63,521 nucleotides of DNA, filler included, from Sphacelaria rigidula (GCA_964200075.2; 10 parts of 10 records of this genome joined end to end with filler, not necessarily neighbours in it), one strand, 5' to 3'; positions 1 through 12,625 are shown, numbered from the whole stretch's first letter. The notes: generated by a model from the letters alone, not told the origin. Numbers and translations are program-made.

Positions 1-129
1 CAGTCAGCAATGGCGGAGTGCAGTTCGGTTATCGTGAGACTATATGACATATTTGCTCTCGGATTGCATTGGTTTTCGGTCTCTTTCTTTCTCTCACCTC
101 GTGTGCGCTTGCGGGAGGTAGCGTCTTTA

Positions 130-1716
130 TCTCTTATAAATCGTCATTGGGCTGAAGAATGGTTCGGCAGACCCGCAATCGCATCACCCTATAGCCTTCT
201 ATTCAGGGTCATCATCCACCCTGTAACATCCCCCCTCAATAGATTCGCCAGGTGTTTTACCAGGTATAGCCTATCGAGTTGACATAAAAGGGGCAACTCC
301 ATACACACTCCTCTATGGCTTTCTCTCGAGAAAGTACCGGATAGAGGCTCGTTTCGGCTGCTCCTAGATTCGGCTGCTACCAGTTTCGGCTGCTACCAGT
401 TTTGGCTGCACTCATGGGACCGGGTAACTTTCTCATATCCTACTGCATCTCCGAGCTTCATTAGAAGTTTCATCCTTGTTCATTCTGCATGGGGTTCTTC
501 ACCTGTAAATCACTCACTCTGGGAGGGGTGCGCGTTTGGTGGCATGGCTTCTGCTTACCTAGAGTTTGCAACCCGTTGTCGGTATGTCCTGGATACCGCT
601 CACTCTGAACTGCAAATTTTACGCAATTCCCCTCCGTTAAATTCCAACCACCCGTTGTTCGGGTATCTCGCACGCTCGTATGGATCAAAGTAATCATATA
701 GCTCACCTGCCTCTACTCTATTGCCGACGTTTCCGAGACGTATCCTGTGATGCTTGCACTCTGTCTCTTGTTTCCCTGCTTGGCTTCTAGGACTACCCTA
801 ACCTTATCTGGTTCGTGTTTCGATATTTGTTTCACAAAATTCTCCAGACCTAACGCGGCGTCAGTGACGGTTATTTGTCGTCCACGCCTGTTTAGGGCTG
901 CCGGGAGAGTACCGTTAAAGAGTATTTCAAATAAGGCATGTTGGAAGGGACGGATGGATCTGGGAGTGTACGTTTGGTCCAACACGTTGAGTCTACGTCC
1001 CCGTCCCACTTGTCCGTACCCTCTCAGCGGTACTTTGACCTCCTGGGTAATTTGCAGGACGGTAGTCCATCGATACCTCCAGTCATCTACATAAATACCT
1101 CACTCATGCTGCTGCGGTTTCCCCCCTTTTTGGCTGTTGTTTAGTCTAGGCATAGCGGAGATTCGACACAGGATCAATAGTAGGATGCGGGCCACCGGTA
1201 TCGACTCTTTCGTCGGTCGGGGGTTGGCAGGAGGTTTCAGTGCCCAGTCGATGACCTATGGTATGTATCGAATACCGGATGTATATATGCAGTGAGTGTG
1301 CTGGAAGTCAATCTCCAAAACAGGGCTACAAAAGGCAACTCTTTACCATCGTTATAAGTTGAGACCGGCCGTTTCCCAGCGTCTGCACCCGTATGATCGA
1401 GCGTACTCGAGGTGGTCTCTGTTCGTACTGTTCGAGCAGAAATGACCCTGCAAAATAGCATGGTGTGTGTTAATTCAATGTGCGTGTATTTAGTGTGTAC
1501 CAGTGTTGTCAGGTCCCTAATCAGTTGTCGTTGGATGACTAAAGTTGACATATGCTCATCACCGGTACCCATAACAGACACTAATCGTCCCTGATGTAGC
1601 ACTCTGAAAAGCGTTCTTCGAGTCCTCCCTCTTCGTATCGTTGAATAGAGCAGCTCGTGTTGGGTTAAGTTGGCGACTGTTGTTTCTTTTCTCTCCCCCT
1701 TTTCTTTTCTTGCCAT
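130..1716 (-). pseudogene. Possible highly decayed LTR-retrotransposon gag/protease region
   Basis: Series of broken minus-strand ORFs (1237-1716, 713-1009, 470-706). 'CDCGSAEPFFS' near 145-185 weakly resembles a retropepsin D-S/T-G-S/A motif. No firm family match. Confidence 0.2.
353..409. repeat. Short tandem repeat, 16-bp unit x3.5 (TTCGGCTGCTACCAGT)
   Basis: Directly visible tandem copies. Confidence 0.8.
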
Positions 1717-4700
1717 TAAATTTCAACAGCTGCACTGGATAAATGGGGGGAAAGTGTTGACAGCGTTGGGGGTTTTGGATATGAAACTAAACGACTTCGG
1801 AGCACAAACCTCAGGTGTCCAACACTCCTGACAAATTACTGCAATAAGCGGCTATATCCGGTTCAACACTTGCAGACATGAAACGCTATGGGGCGGATCG
1901 TTCTCAAATCTTGTCAACAGTACAGGTAAAGGATGACATACCTCCCCAAAAACCAAGCGCATGAGCTGTAAGATGGCAACTAGAATAGCTCGATGAATAG
2001 ATCTGGGGGAAAATTACATCAAAAGAGCACCTGAGTTGACCGTAATGTTCCAAGATATTGTGCCGGATACCAGTATTTCGACGATGAGTCGTCGCGATAG
2101 AGTCGCGATACGGTCTTGATATACCATACTGTTCAAGAAAAGACGGTTGTCATTCGTGAGTGTGAAGGCAAAGCGAAAGCAGCATAACAAAATAAATGAA
2201 ACATAGGAGCATCCACGCTCGAGATAAACACTGCAACACCAGAGTGAAGCGTGGCACGCAACATGGACTATTGGCGGGGGCGACTGTTACGAAAGCAATT
2301 ATCATAGCCCTTGGCAATATGTGATAAGGTACGCGGCGTTCAGTCACACCCAACAGTTAGTTCTGCTATGTAAACAAAAGACGTACAGCAATCACCCAAC
2401 CGAGAAAACATGAGCTTGTTTTCAACGCGGACACATACCGTCCTCGATGTACCGTGCTTCCGCGTCCCGGCGTGGCCTGGTGGGGATAAACGGTCGCCAC
2501 TTCATTTAGCGCCGTTTCTCTCGGTGATGACACATATACCCGGGACAAGGGTGTGGGATGAAGGCAATAAAGTGTAAGGTCAGCCAGGGTCAGCACAAGT
2601 TGGGAGCACTGAGTACATGAAGGTGAGAGCATGCCCTGGTCTTGTCACTCCTGTCACGTATCGACTCGTTCCGTGTCGAGCACTGAATTCGACACATAAC
2701 TCATTATATAAATAAGGGTACGAAAAGCACTCCATCACCCAATGCAACAAGTATAGACATCAGTACGCGAGGAATTGTACGTGTGTAGAATATGCACTGC
2801 GACTAACATCCCAAAATACAAAATATGCGAGACCTACTAAACTCGTGTATTTCGCAGAGCAAAAACGGTCACCGCAAAAATGATATCTGGTGATGCAGTA
2901 CAAGCGAAAACACAACGGTGACAAACACAAACACGAAAAAATATAGCCAGCGAGGTTGAGCAAAAAAAAGAATGTCAGAGTTCCCAAAAGCTAAACTGTC
3001 ACCGCAAGGATGAAACCCTACGGTGTACGGGCAGCGAGAGCGTCGGTAAGGTGAGAAGCCGGACTCAGGGGTCGTCGCGGGAGAAAGCCCAGGAGCATTG
3101 CGGATGAGTGGCAATTCAGCACGTATTGTGGTCATCACATGTGCTCTTCTCCAGAGTTTTAGTGCTCGTGATCGTAAAGCTGTTGCTGCATGAGATGCAA
3201 CAGTGGGAAACCGTTTTTCATCTCCCCCTTTTTATTTTTCAATGGTCGAACAATCTTGGCACTAGGGTTCAGGATAGAACTGCCAGTACATGTTGCTACG
3301 TTACCCTCCCCGTTCTATTCCCCGTTTCGGCTCGTACCTGAACTGGATGATATTACCTGTGTTGCTGGACGGACTCCCGGGTATCTTGCTGCATGTGTCG
3401 TGTTGTGCTCAAGGTCGCATGTATAATCGTGCTGTGGTGCGGTACCGACAATGGTATGGTTCGCGGTACTCATAGAAGGGCTCTGGGACGCTACTACAAA
3501 AAGAAAACGAATGGAAGAGAAGAAATATTCTTTTTATAGATGGATGGGTGGGACCTGATCGAGTCACCCACTATTGTACCTGTCATTTGGCGCCCCAACT
3601 TGAGGCAGGGTTTACCTGGTAGGGGGTAGACCTGTGGAGGGCTGGCTTGTGCATAGATTTCCTCAACTGCATGGTGCACAAATAAATAAATCGAATGTAT
3701 GGAGATTACCCACAGGCGAGCAGACCTCGATATATCGATTTTTCAATGCGGAAAATGAGCCAATCATTTTTTTTTGTTGTTGCGGCGTCGATGTAGTATA
3801 TTAATCGCCTTGCTTCCACGGCATATTGTAACATGTAAGTAGACATTATGTGTTGAACTGGAAGAAAGAAAAAAAATGTAACATTTCCACTCAAGTCGGT
3901 GCTCACTCAGCCGGTGATATATAGTCTGAGTCTGAGTCGGTCGTGTATCGACGTACAACAAAATGCCAAAAAACAATGAAACGCTGCGTGAGAATTGCTT
4001 GCGGCAATCGATCCTGAATAAGGATTTATTTTGTGCGGGGCATGAGCCATTTCTTTTTTTCTCTTTCTTTTTTATTTTTTGCTGGGATCTGTGGTCTGTT
4101 GATCGCGTTGCCCGACACAGAATGTTGTCATGTCAGCTGTTAAAATTGATTGGCGTTTCATGGTTGTTGATGGGATGAGTGACCATCGTGTGTTACATGC
4201 CGGTTTAGAGGAGAACAATGACCTAGGTGCATCTCGTTTCATTACCGTTCATGTCCAAGAAGGGAAGAAAAATAGATAAGGAGAAAAACAAAAAAAATTG
4301 AGCTCATGTCTCGCAAAAAAAAACTTCATTAGTTCCGATTAGTCTCGCAAGCAATCGATGTATCCCTGTTCGGGCAATATTGTGCACGGAAGAATACGCG
4401 TTGCACTGGATGCGAGTCAAGTCGATCGTTGTGTCCGTTACACTGTCGTAGGAGCGATGTGGGGACTAAGATTTGTAATAGACACTTATGCGCTTATAGC
4501 CTGAAAAGAAGGAACCTCCTGCACGTGGAGGGTTGGGGGGGAAATACGGCGTGTTGGGTCGCTTGTGGGAGAGTACCACCGGATATATCGTTATCTTTGT
4601 GGAAGTTACGACCAATTTTTCCGATGGCGGCGGCGATTACTGTTATTTTGTACATTGCATGTGTGGTGTATTTTGACATTTGGGTTAACATTTTATGTTG

Positions 4701-6263
4701 ATGGGTTCGTTGAGTGTGCACCATGTGGGTAGCATGCATGGATAATACATGAGGTTTGTGATGAGTCTCTTTTCATGCGAAAGTTGATCGTCGCCGCTGC
4801 CTGGGAAAGTATGTTCGTTAACTCGAACAAAAAAAAGGGTACATCCGTTATGTTCAGTCCGCGCGAGTAACCAGTTGATTTAAATATGCCTGGGTAGTGT
4901 TCTAGTTTTCAAGTCCTCGGAACGATGTCCCAAAATCTATTGTTCACGGATAGTTCTCATCATGCTGCCCTGTATTACGCGTGTAGTCCATAGTTGCACC
5001 ACTCACACTTTGTCTTGCCAGTCGTGTGAGTGCTCAGGCTTGTGGTTATTACTTGCCAGCCTCCTGTGCGGATAATAATTCGGTGTTTCTCAGGACCGTG
5101 TGATCGCTACGGGGACATGTCTTGGGCTACAATCCGTACTGTACGGATCATCTGTATTCAGTAGTACATAAATGTACGGGTAATAGGTACGGGTACCGCA
5201 GTGCCTATGCCGGTGGAACAGAATGGGGTGTTGATCCCACCGCCGCTGGTCAAGGGTAGTTACTTACCTTCGTTCGCTAGGGTGATGCGCTATGCGACTT
5301 CGTCCAAATCATGTGGGGTAACTGGAGTATGTCTACCATGCAAGGAAGCCAACATAAAAAAAAGCAATCTGCGGACCCTGTAGGGCAGTTTGCTGAGACA
5401 TTGATGAGCAAAAATCTGGCACTGGGTGCACACATTGTTCTGCAGTGAGGCAGACAGCCGCTACCACCAATCACCGAGGATACAGCAGCTCCGTGCTGGG
5501 TCAATCTTTTTGCCTCAACCTATATGCACCTATCTTGCGTGTCTTCTGCGGTACTACGAGTATAGTTACTGCAGACCGAACAGACAGCTGCAGACTCGTC
5601 ACCTGATTATTTGAAAACTTGATTCTGCAGCATTTTGACCTCACCCAGTGTGTGTGCGGACGGAAACAGAGCATGCAGCGGTACAACTGCTCGCGCATTC
5701 TTTAGCGCACATCGCACCGACGTTGCCGTAGAGAGTTTAGAGGCACTACAGCACCGCAACGACTACCGCATTGAGATGACGGCGTCGGGAAGCGCCTAGC
5801 TTGATCACTCGATGCGCAACAACCCACACCCGCTGAAGGTTTGAATATTTGAACAGACAGTAAACAGAACTGCGTGCCTTCCACTATTTCTCACAGAGGA
5901 GAACGTAGTGACAAACACAAAACAGCTCATATGTAGCCTCAGCGGAGGTAAATTTGATACTGAGTGATTGCGTTTGCCTCTTCTGCTCTCTCGGAATTTG
6001 GGCACCATGTCACACAAGAAAAGTAAATGTATTGGTTAGGTGTGGAAGGTAGCCTCTAGATGGGTTGCTCTGGGTACGCAAGACATCCTAGGACCCCGTA
6101 CAACTGTATGCAACGGCTACCGTCATAATACAACTCTTTACATAACGCCAAGACCAAGCATACCTTCTTGTTTGTCGAGTCGATTAGCTTGCAGAAGATC
6201 GGCACGCAATGAGCATTGCGTATAGCATGTAGGTTATCCTTGGTGAAGGGTGGGTGATGTCGC

Positions 6264-6363
6264 NNNNNNNNNNNNNNNNNNNNNNNNNNNNNNNNNNNNN
6301 NNNNNNNTTAATTAATTAANNNNNNNNNNNNNNNNNNNNNNNNNNNNNNNNNNNNNNNNNNNN
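6264..6363. other. Artificial scaffold-joining linker (N44-TTAATTAATTAA-N44)
   Basis: Identical 100-bp pattern recurs every 6362 bp; the 12-mer has stops in all six frames. Confidence 0.98.
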
Positions 6364-6602
6364 ACTTAAGGCGAATGATCAAAGCCACTCTCAATCGTAT
6401 CATCTACTCTCAATCTCACGAAAAGACTGTTGAGTGTGGCAGGTCGTTTGACATACTTTTGAGCCTCTTTTTTCGGGCCATCAAATATCCCTCCCCCCTA
6501 TCATAGGATGACTCTTGCAATTATTCCACACCCTGGACAATACAATATGTTTCCAATATAAACTAGTCGATCATATTGGAATATTGCGATATATTGCTGG
6601 TG

Positions 6603-6902
6603 TAATATATATATATATATTGGTACCCTCAGACTGCACATGTATTGCGCGCCCAATATATATTGATGTCGTGGGACTGCATACATACTGCCTGCCCAGT
6701 ATATATATATATATATATATATATATTGGTACTATTGGGTTGAACACTTATTGTCCCATCAATATGTTTTGGGGCAGCGTGGACGACAGCATATTGCATG
6801 ACCAATACATATTAGGGTCGCATTGATTAGAACATATTGACCGGTCAATATATATATTGGTTCTGCGTGGGTGACAATGTATTGGCCGGTCAATATATAT
6901 TA
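6603..6902. repeat. Left repeat-spacer block (about 7 units of ATATTG-N6/7-CAATATATATTG plus unique spacer)
   Basis: Core starts at 6603, 6654, 6697, 6760, 6803, 6846, 6891. Spacing is about 43 bp once (TA)n expansions inside the cores are discounted. Confidence 0.85.
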
Positions 6903-7340
6903 GATATTATAAGTATCGTGTACGCTGTAGGAGAGATCCAGACGCGATGGATGCCGGAGCCCGTGCAGATTGGGAAACGCTATAAAGGGAGCCGCAGAAG
7001 TTTGCGTGCATTACTTCGGAAAGTTGTGGAATGCGTTTGATATATATATATGTGTGTGCGTGTATTATACTGGTTAGAAAATATGGTGACAGAAGAGGCG
7101 ACCCGGTATATATGCCTCTTGATACCTATTAGGCCACCGGTGCAGGGCCGCCCATCCCCTTTCCAGCATGTAATATAAACATCTTGGCTAAACATCACGA
7201 CGACAGAAAACACGGGTCGATATGCGCCTTTTGGTACCCCTGTGGTCACCGGGGCTGTGTTGCTTATACCCTGGACATTATAATGGGTTCCAATATGATA
7301 CCAATACTTTGTATTGGAGCCAGCGCAAATATTGTCCCTT

Positions 7341-8197
7341 CAATATATTTTGTGTTGAGATGTCCTCGGAGATATCGAAGCAACAACATATATTGCTCGT
7401 GTCATGATCATGAAGTAATGTATGTCAACATATATTGGACATGTAGTTGCGCCGAGAATAAAACATTCAATATATATTGTGCATGCCGGCCGTGTATGTA
7501 TTGAAGTGTCAATACATATTGAGTCGCGACGATGCGTAGCATATTGTTACCATAATATATATTGAACGCAAACCATGCAGAAGTATTGTTTTTCCAATAT
7601 GTATTGCGCACGCTGATCGGATAGCTATTGTGCAGCCAATATATATTGAACACGCTTGAGGAGGAGTACATTGAGTATTTTCGGCATGTAAAATACGTCT
7701 TTGAATGGCGCCCGCGAACAAAGAACTGCCCACTATACTAATTCCAATATAATTTCCAATCCATATGTTGAAAATCAATATATTTTGCAACATCAACATA
7801 TATTGTGACCGTCGGTTCCCTCGTGTGTTGTCCGCCCAATATATATTGGACGCATTGATGCACGACATATTGGGGCGGCAATATATATTGGCGCTTCGGG
7901 TGTCGAGTATATTGAATCGTCAATATATATTGACCTCCGGGGGCAGCAAATATATTACTCGATAAATATATATTGGTGCATTTTCCCACCAACATATTAC
8001 TCGGCTAATATATTTTGAGGTGGCACGTGTCGTGATATATTGTTCGGTCGATATATATTGCATGTCACGAGCCTTGATATATTGATGACACAATACATAT
8101 TGACCCTCTCTCGTGTCATCATACTGCTCGCCCAATATATATTGACCACCCGACGCGTCGATATATTGAGCGGGCAATATATATATATATATATATT
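7341..8197. repeat. Regularly interspaced short palindromic repeat array (18 units, 42-43 bp period, unique spacers)
   Basis: 12-bp palindromic core CAATATATATTG (0-2 mismatches) at 7341, 7384, 7426, 7468, 7510, 7553, 7595, 7637, then 7794, 7837, 7879, 7921, 7964, 8006, 8049, 8091, 8133, 8175. Intervening sequences all differ apart from a conserved ATATTG half-site 6-7 nt before most cores. Confidence 0.92.
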
Positions 8198-8221
8198 ACA
8201 TATTGTATTGTCCAGGGTGTG

Positions 8222-9161
8222 AATTATTCCGATGTCAGGAGGTCATGGATAATGACAAGTTGGGAGGACAGACAAGAGTGCTCTACGATCAACCGCATGT
8301 CGTTCCATCCGAGACCCACGCCATCAACCACCGACAGCAAGGGTCTTGTGGCTTTCACGCGACACTGTCGGCAGTACGACAGGCAAACCGGATCATAGCT
8401 ACCTTTCGTTGCTCTACTGCACGGACTCCCGTCTGCTCAGAGGTGGTCACGGTAACAACATGCACCGAAGTCGCAACAGCTGTGAAAGCTAGAGAGTTTG
8501 ATGTTTATGAACTACATCCACACAATTCAAACGACTCTCAAAACCTGAGGAAAGGTGGCCGCTTCGGGCCCAGTTAAACATCCGAAGATATCATCGAACA
8601 GCAATGCCAAACGTTTCTGGGATCGGCATCAGGCAGTCATCGAAGAGCGGAAAATGAATCGATAAGTTACTGATCGTATTAGAAACCAATGCGCATGGAA
8701 CGCTTTGCAGGGGTTGAAAAACATTTATTTTGATAGAATAAACTCTCCGGGCCTCCGTTTGTGTTGTATTCGCCTGTAAATAATATTTCCTCGTTCATCA
8801 ATACCTGGCTGGGGGACAGGGAAGCCGTCCCCCCTCAGGGTTTGAGAATCGTTTGAATTGTGTGGATGCAGTTCATAAACATCAAACTCTCTAGCTTTCA
8901 CAGCTGTTGCGACTTCGGTGCGTGTTGTTACCGTGACCACCTCTGAGCAGATGGGAGTACGTGCAGTAGAGCAACGAAAGGTAGCTATAATCCGGTTTGC
9001 CTGTCGTACTGCCGACAGTGTCGCGTGAAAGCCACAAGACCCTTGCTGTCGGTGGTTGATGGCGTGGGTCTCGAATGGAACGACATGTGGTTGATCGTAG
9101 AGCACTCTTGTCTGTCCTCCCAACTTGTCATAATCCATGACCTCCTGACATCAGAATGATT
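8222..9161. repeat. Long inverted repeat (arms 8222-8550 and 8833-9161, 282-bp loop)
   Basis: Arms are near-identical reverse complements; ORFs 8203..8577(+) and 8725..9138(-) give almost the same peptide. Mixed-frame peptides 'PDHSYLS' and 'EVATAVKAR' weakly recall the post-RT region of RTE-clade LINEs. Confidence 0.9.
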
Positions 9162-10599
9162 ACTCATTATGAGAAGCTACTCGTACTGTTGTCCCTATTA
9201 TTGAGGTGTTTACGCGGCCAGCCTGTGCTGCAGATTGCGGCATGGCCAGACTCCTATGCGCCACGCTAGCAACAGTTAGGTCACCACCTTAGGTATCGTG
9301 TTTCACTCCGCATGTCAAGAAGGTCTCTACAAGTGTTTGGTTTCTCATACACCCACTTCAACTGGCGTGTGGTACGCTCTTCTGCTCGGGCACCCGGTTA
9401 GGGGGAGGTCGGGGAAAATCAACGATGCAGAACACCCCCTAAGTTCAAATTGGATCCATCTGTTATTGCCGCAGCACCGTCCTTGCTGGCATGTGTGTGA
9501 CAGAGAACAATAGGATCGGTGACGGGAACATTGCCCTGTTTTTCAACGACATGTTTTTCAGCGCACAGAGGCGCGTCCTGTTCAAAAGAAGAGGCAGAGA
9601 GAAATCGATCTTCGCGTTCGTAAGCTCGACAGGCAAGAAGAGACGGAATCTCTCCGCACGTCGACGTTCTGGCACATGGAAAGTTTGGCACACGCTGGTG
9701 CAATAATATCGATAATGCCAGTTGCTCGAGAGATATTATTGGTAGTCGCCGAGCGAGGACACACAAAGGACACGGGCGAGGAGCTTCCTCTCTGTCGTTG
9801 CTTCTGTCTCTGGTGATATCGTCATCGACACGTGTGTACACCGCATTCGTTAGGTGCACCTAGCCACAGCTGCTTAACTGCTGTGGATATTTGGGGGGGA
9901 AGATGACTTCGCTCGGTCGTAAGTATTTCGCGTCTTCCCCGCAGAAGAGAAATGCCACTTCAACCTCATTTTTTGGATGGACCCCATTTTCTAGGACCCA
10001 CTGTTTCTTGTGCTATGCGTTTGTAATTTCGATCATCATATAGATTTCGCCTCCTCACACCAGCCTCTTCTCGAGGGGGCGCACTCGCGGCCCTAGTCAT
10101 CCACGGAAACAAGGGTTCCGAATCCCGTAGATTGTTTGTCTCAATATTGTGCCCCTGCTTTTCTCTTCACAAACATTTAGGAAATGCGTATCAAAACTGG
10201 GCAAATAAATGGCGTACAAAATACTGTGGTGACACATCTGCGAGTATGTACCGAGATACGAATCAGGGCACCATTTATCGCCCAGATATTCGCCATATAA
10301 GGAGTCTGTATACTACAACACTGAAGCAAAGAGATCGGTTCCCCAGAAAATCATCTCGAAGCTACCATGGCACGCACGATACCCATCGGACCTGTGGCAC
10401 TGACACGTTTACGGTTGAGATCAGTCACCAGGCAAAACCTCAATATCAACCATAGCCGCTACCACATCCGAACGTAGAAGCAATGAAAACAAACTTATTG
10501 TGTGAAAAAAAACATCAACGATTTGACACCACCATATGAGTTCGTCAGTGTGTCGATCTCTGTAGGTGGTAACACGAAGCCAGTAGGACTCGAGTACAC

Positions 10600-11150
10600 G
10601 CTAACAGGGATGAGCAAAAAAGGTTACGGATAGTTAGGGTAGAAGGCCTCTGACTTGTCCGTGCACTACTTCGTTTTTACTATTGTCGCAATTGCGTTGG
10701 TTACCATAATCTCTGCACGAATGCTGTGGTGGCGGATCTTAAAGTGTCGGGAAATAAACCTGAAATTAGCGACTGCAAGCGAACACGCGGCATATTCATT
10801 CATGTATGCATTGACTGTACTGTACATACTGGCTCACCGTTGTCGAACAGCAAAACGCAGGATGATGACAGCAAGCGGTATCCAGCACAAGCGATGATCA
10901 GTTCAACACAGAACAGCTCATCCTGGATGTCAGGGTGTCTTGGTTATAGCTTCAGGGGCGATTCAGTTCTGCTTTGTAGTACTGGCGTTTACCAGCACTT
11001 TTCCAAGTATACACCAGGGTGTGCCGGCTGGGATTCGTCCACGAAGAACCGAATTCAAGCCGGATATGACGAGGCATGTTCACGTATCCGTCACCAACGG
11101 ATCCAAACATACTCACTCCTGACTGCGGCTCTTGTCAGTTCCCGCAGTCA
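10600..11150 (-). pseudogene. Decayed Copia-type RT/RNase H fragment
   Basis: Minus-strand 'NAYMNEYAACSLAVANFRFISRHFKIRHHSIRAEI' resembles the Copia RNase H 'DNQAAIALAKNP..HSRTKHIDIRHHFIRE' motif. Upstream 'WTNPS' recalls RT 'MSNPS'. Many stops and frameshifts. Confidence 0.45.
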
Positions 11151-12625
11151 GTCCTCCGGGTCATGTATTCATCAGATCGACGGGTTCATCATCGTTCTGC
11201 CCTACCACCACTACGCCGCAATCCATAACAGAAATACATCCGACTATAGTGCGTAGATTGTCACTTATACACTCTAGCTTCACGCCCTCCACTGAGTGAA
11301 CAGGTACCACGTCTTAACTGAAATAATGGGGACTGTGAATTAACAGCGCTACTCGCTCAAGTTTCAACTAGCCGCTGGCACGAGCAGGATATCCATGGTT
11401 TTGCAGCTAATCAGTAGCTTCGCAGAAACAACTATGAAAACACGGGCGACGAGCGGCGAAACCGCAAGTCCAACGCCCACCCCTGGCTGATGAGGAGACC
11501 TCGCAGTAGCGCCGCCGGACGCACGAATATTCCGGTATACAGTTTTCTTCCCTTCATAACCCTGGGGGTTGTTGTCAACAATGTGAACCCTCACATTGAG
11601 GAGCACGGGGGCTTGAATTACGTTGAAATCTCATTTCAATCGGTGAGCATTTAAAAAAACGTTGATCTGTAGCATGCAGCAGCAGGGACTTTCCTTGAGG
11701 AGCGGGAAATGCGAGCAACGAAGCCAAGGCTAGCACCACGTGAGGATGAGAGCACAAGTTCCGGCGTATAGATCAACCAGCACGCATATAGTGAACACGA
11801 CATGGTGTACGTTGTAATTTGCGGCCAGGGGTTACTGTCTGAAGGTTCGATCTTCTGATGTCGTGCAGTGAAACGACAAATCTTCGTGTACACCCCCTTC
11901 ATTACTTCGAGTTGTGGTGAGCATGTGCTGCATAATGTTTATAATGATTTTCACTATGCCATAAGCGATTGGCAGTTGGATTGCGGCGTTCGGCGGTTCA
12001 GCGCCAAGCGCCCCACTGAAAATATGCCAGGGAAAAACGTTTTTCTTCATTCAATTGTCCAGCCATCGACCTCCACGATGTGTTCGAAAGACGCAGAATT
12101 GCAAAACCACGTGGTACCAACGAAGTGGACGAGACGAAAACGAGTAGAAAACATCCGAGTGAGTCTAATACTGACTTGCCTAGGGCAATGCGTGTGTGTA
12201 TTGTCTGTTGGAAATAAATCTTTTTCGTAGATGCATACAACTTGAGCGGTAGATCAAGTTACGGTTCAGCATGAACAGCAACATACGTAGAACGTAGAAC
12301 ATACAGTACAAACGGGTATTGACTGTAGGGTTACGCAGGATTGATGAGTGGGTAGGTCGGACTGTTTTTGTCAGAATAGTGGAGAGCTTGAGTCGAGGAG
12401 TCTATAGTATCAAGCGTTTATGGATGTAGAGTGCATGGTGATAGAGTTCAGGTCGTACAGTTTATAGTACGAAAGGTTTTGTTGGGATGGCACAGTTTTC
12501 TGAGATGCCACCTTGTGGTCACCCTCCATTTTTTGCACTCAATCAAGCCTTTATTTTCATTATTATTTTTATATCCATCACATTAGCTCGATCTCTCGAA
12601 CCCGTGGTCACAGAGTGCAAGGAGC

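Larger units (their letters stand above)
6527..8221. mobile_element. Non-autonomous DNA transposon with 24-bp perfect TIRs and 8-bp TSD, carrying a repeat-spacer array
   Basis: Left TIR CACACCCTGGACAATACAATATGT (6527-6550) is the exact reverse complement of 8198-8221. Identical AATTATTC flanks both sides (6519-6526, 8222-8229). No credible ORF inside. A second degenerate left end (TATACCCTGGACATTATAAT) lies at 7265. Confidence 0.92.

Noticed and set aside
4400..6000. Possible coding relic in scaffold 1
   Set aside because: Only short broken ORFs; no family could be recognised.
6603..8197. Calling the array a true CRISPR locus
   Set aside because: No cas genes, eukaryotic context, conserved core only 12 bp with a variable internal segment, and the array lies inside TIRs with a TSD. 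Reported as CRISPR-like architecture only.
6501..8222. Many short Ile/Tyr-rich ORFs ('QYIL' repeats)
   Set aside because: Translations of the palindromic array in several frames and both strands; no long frame maintained.
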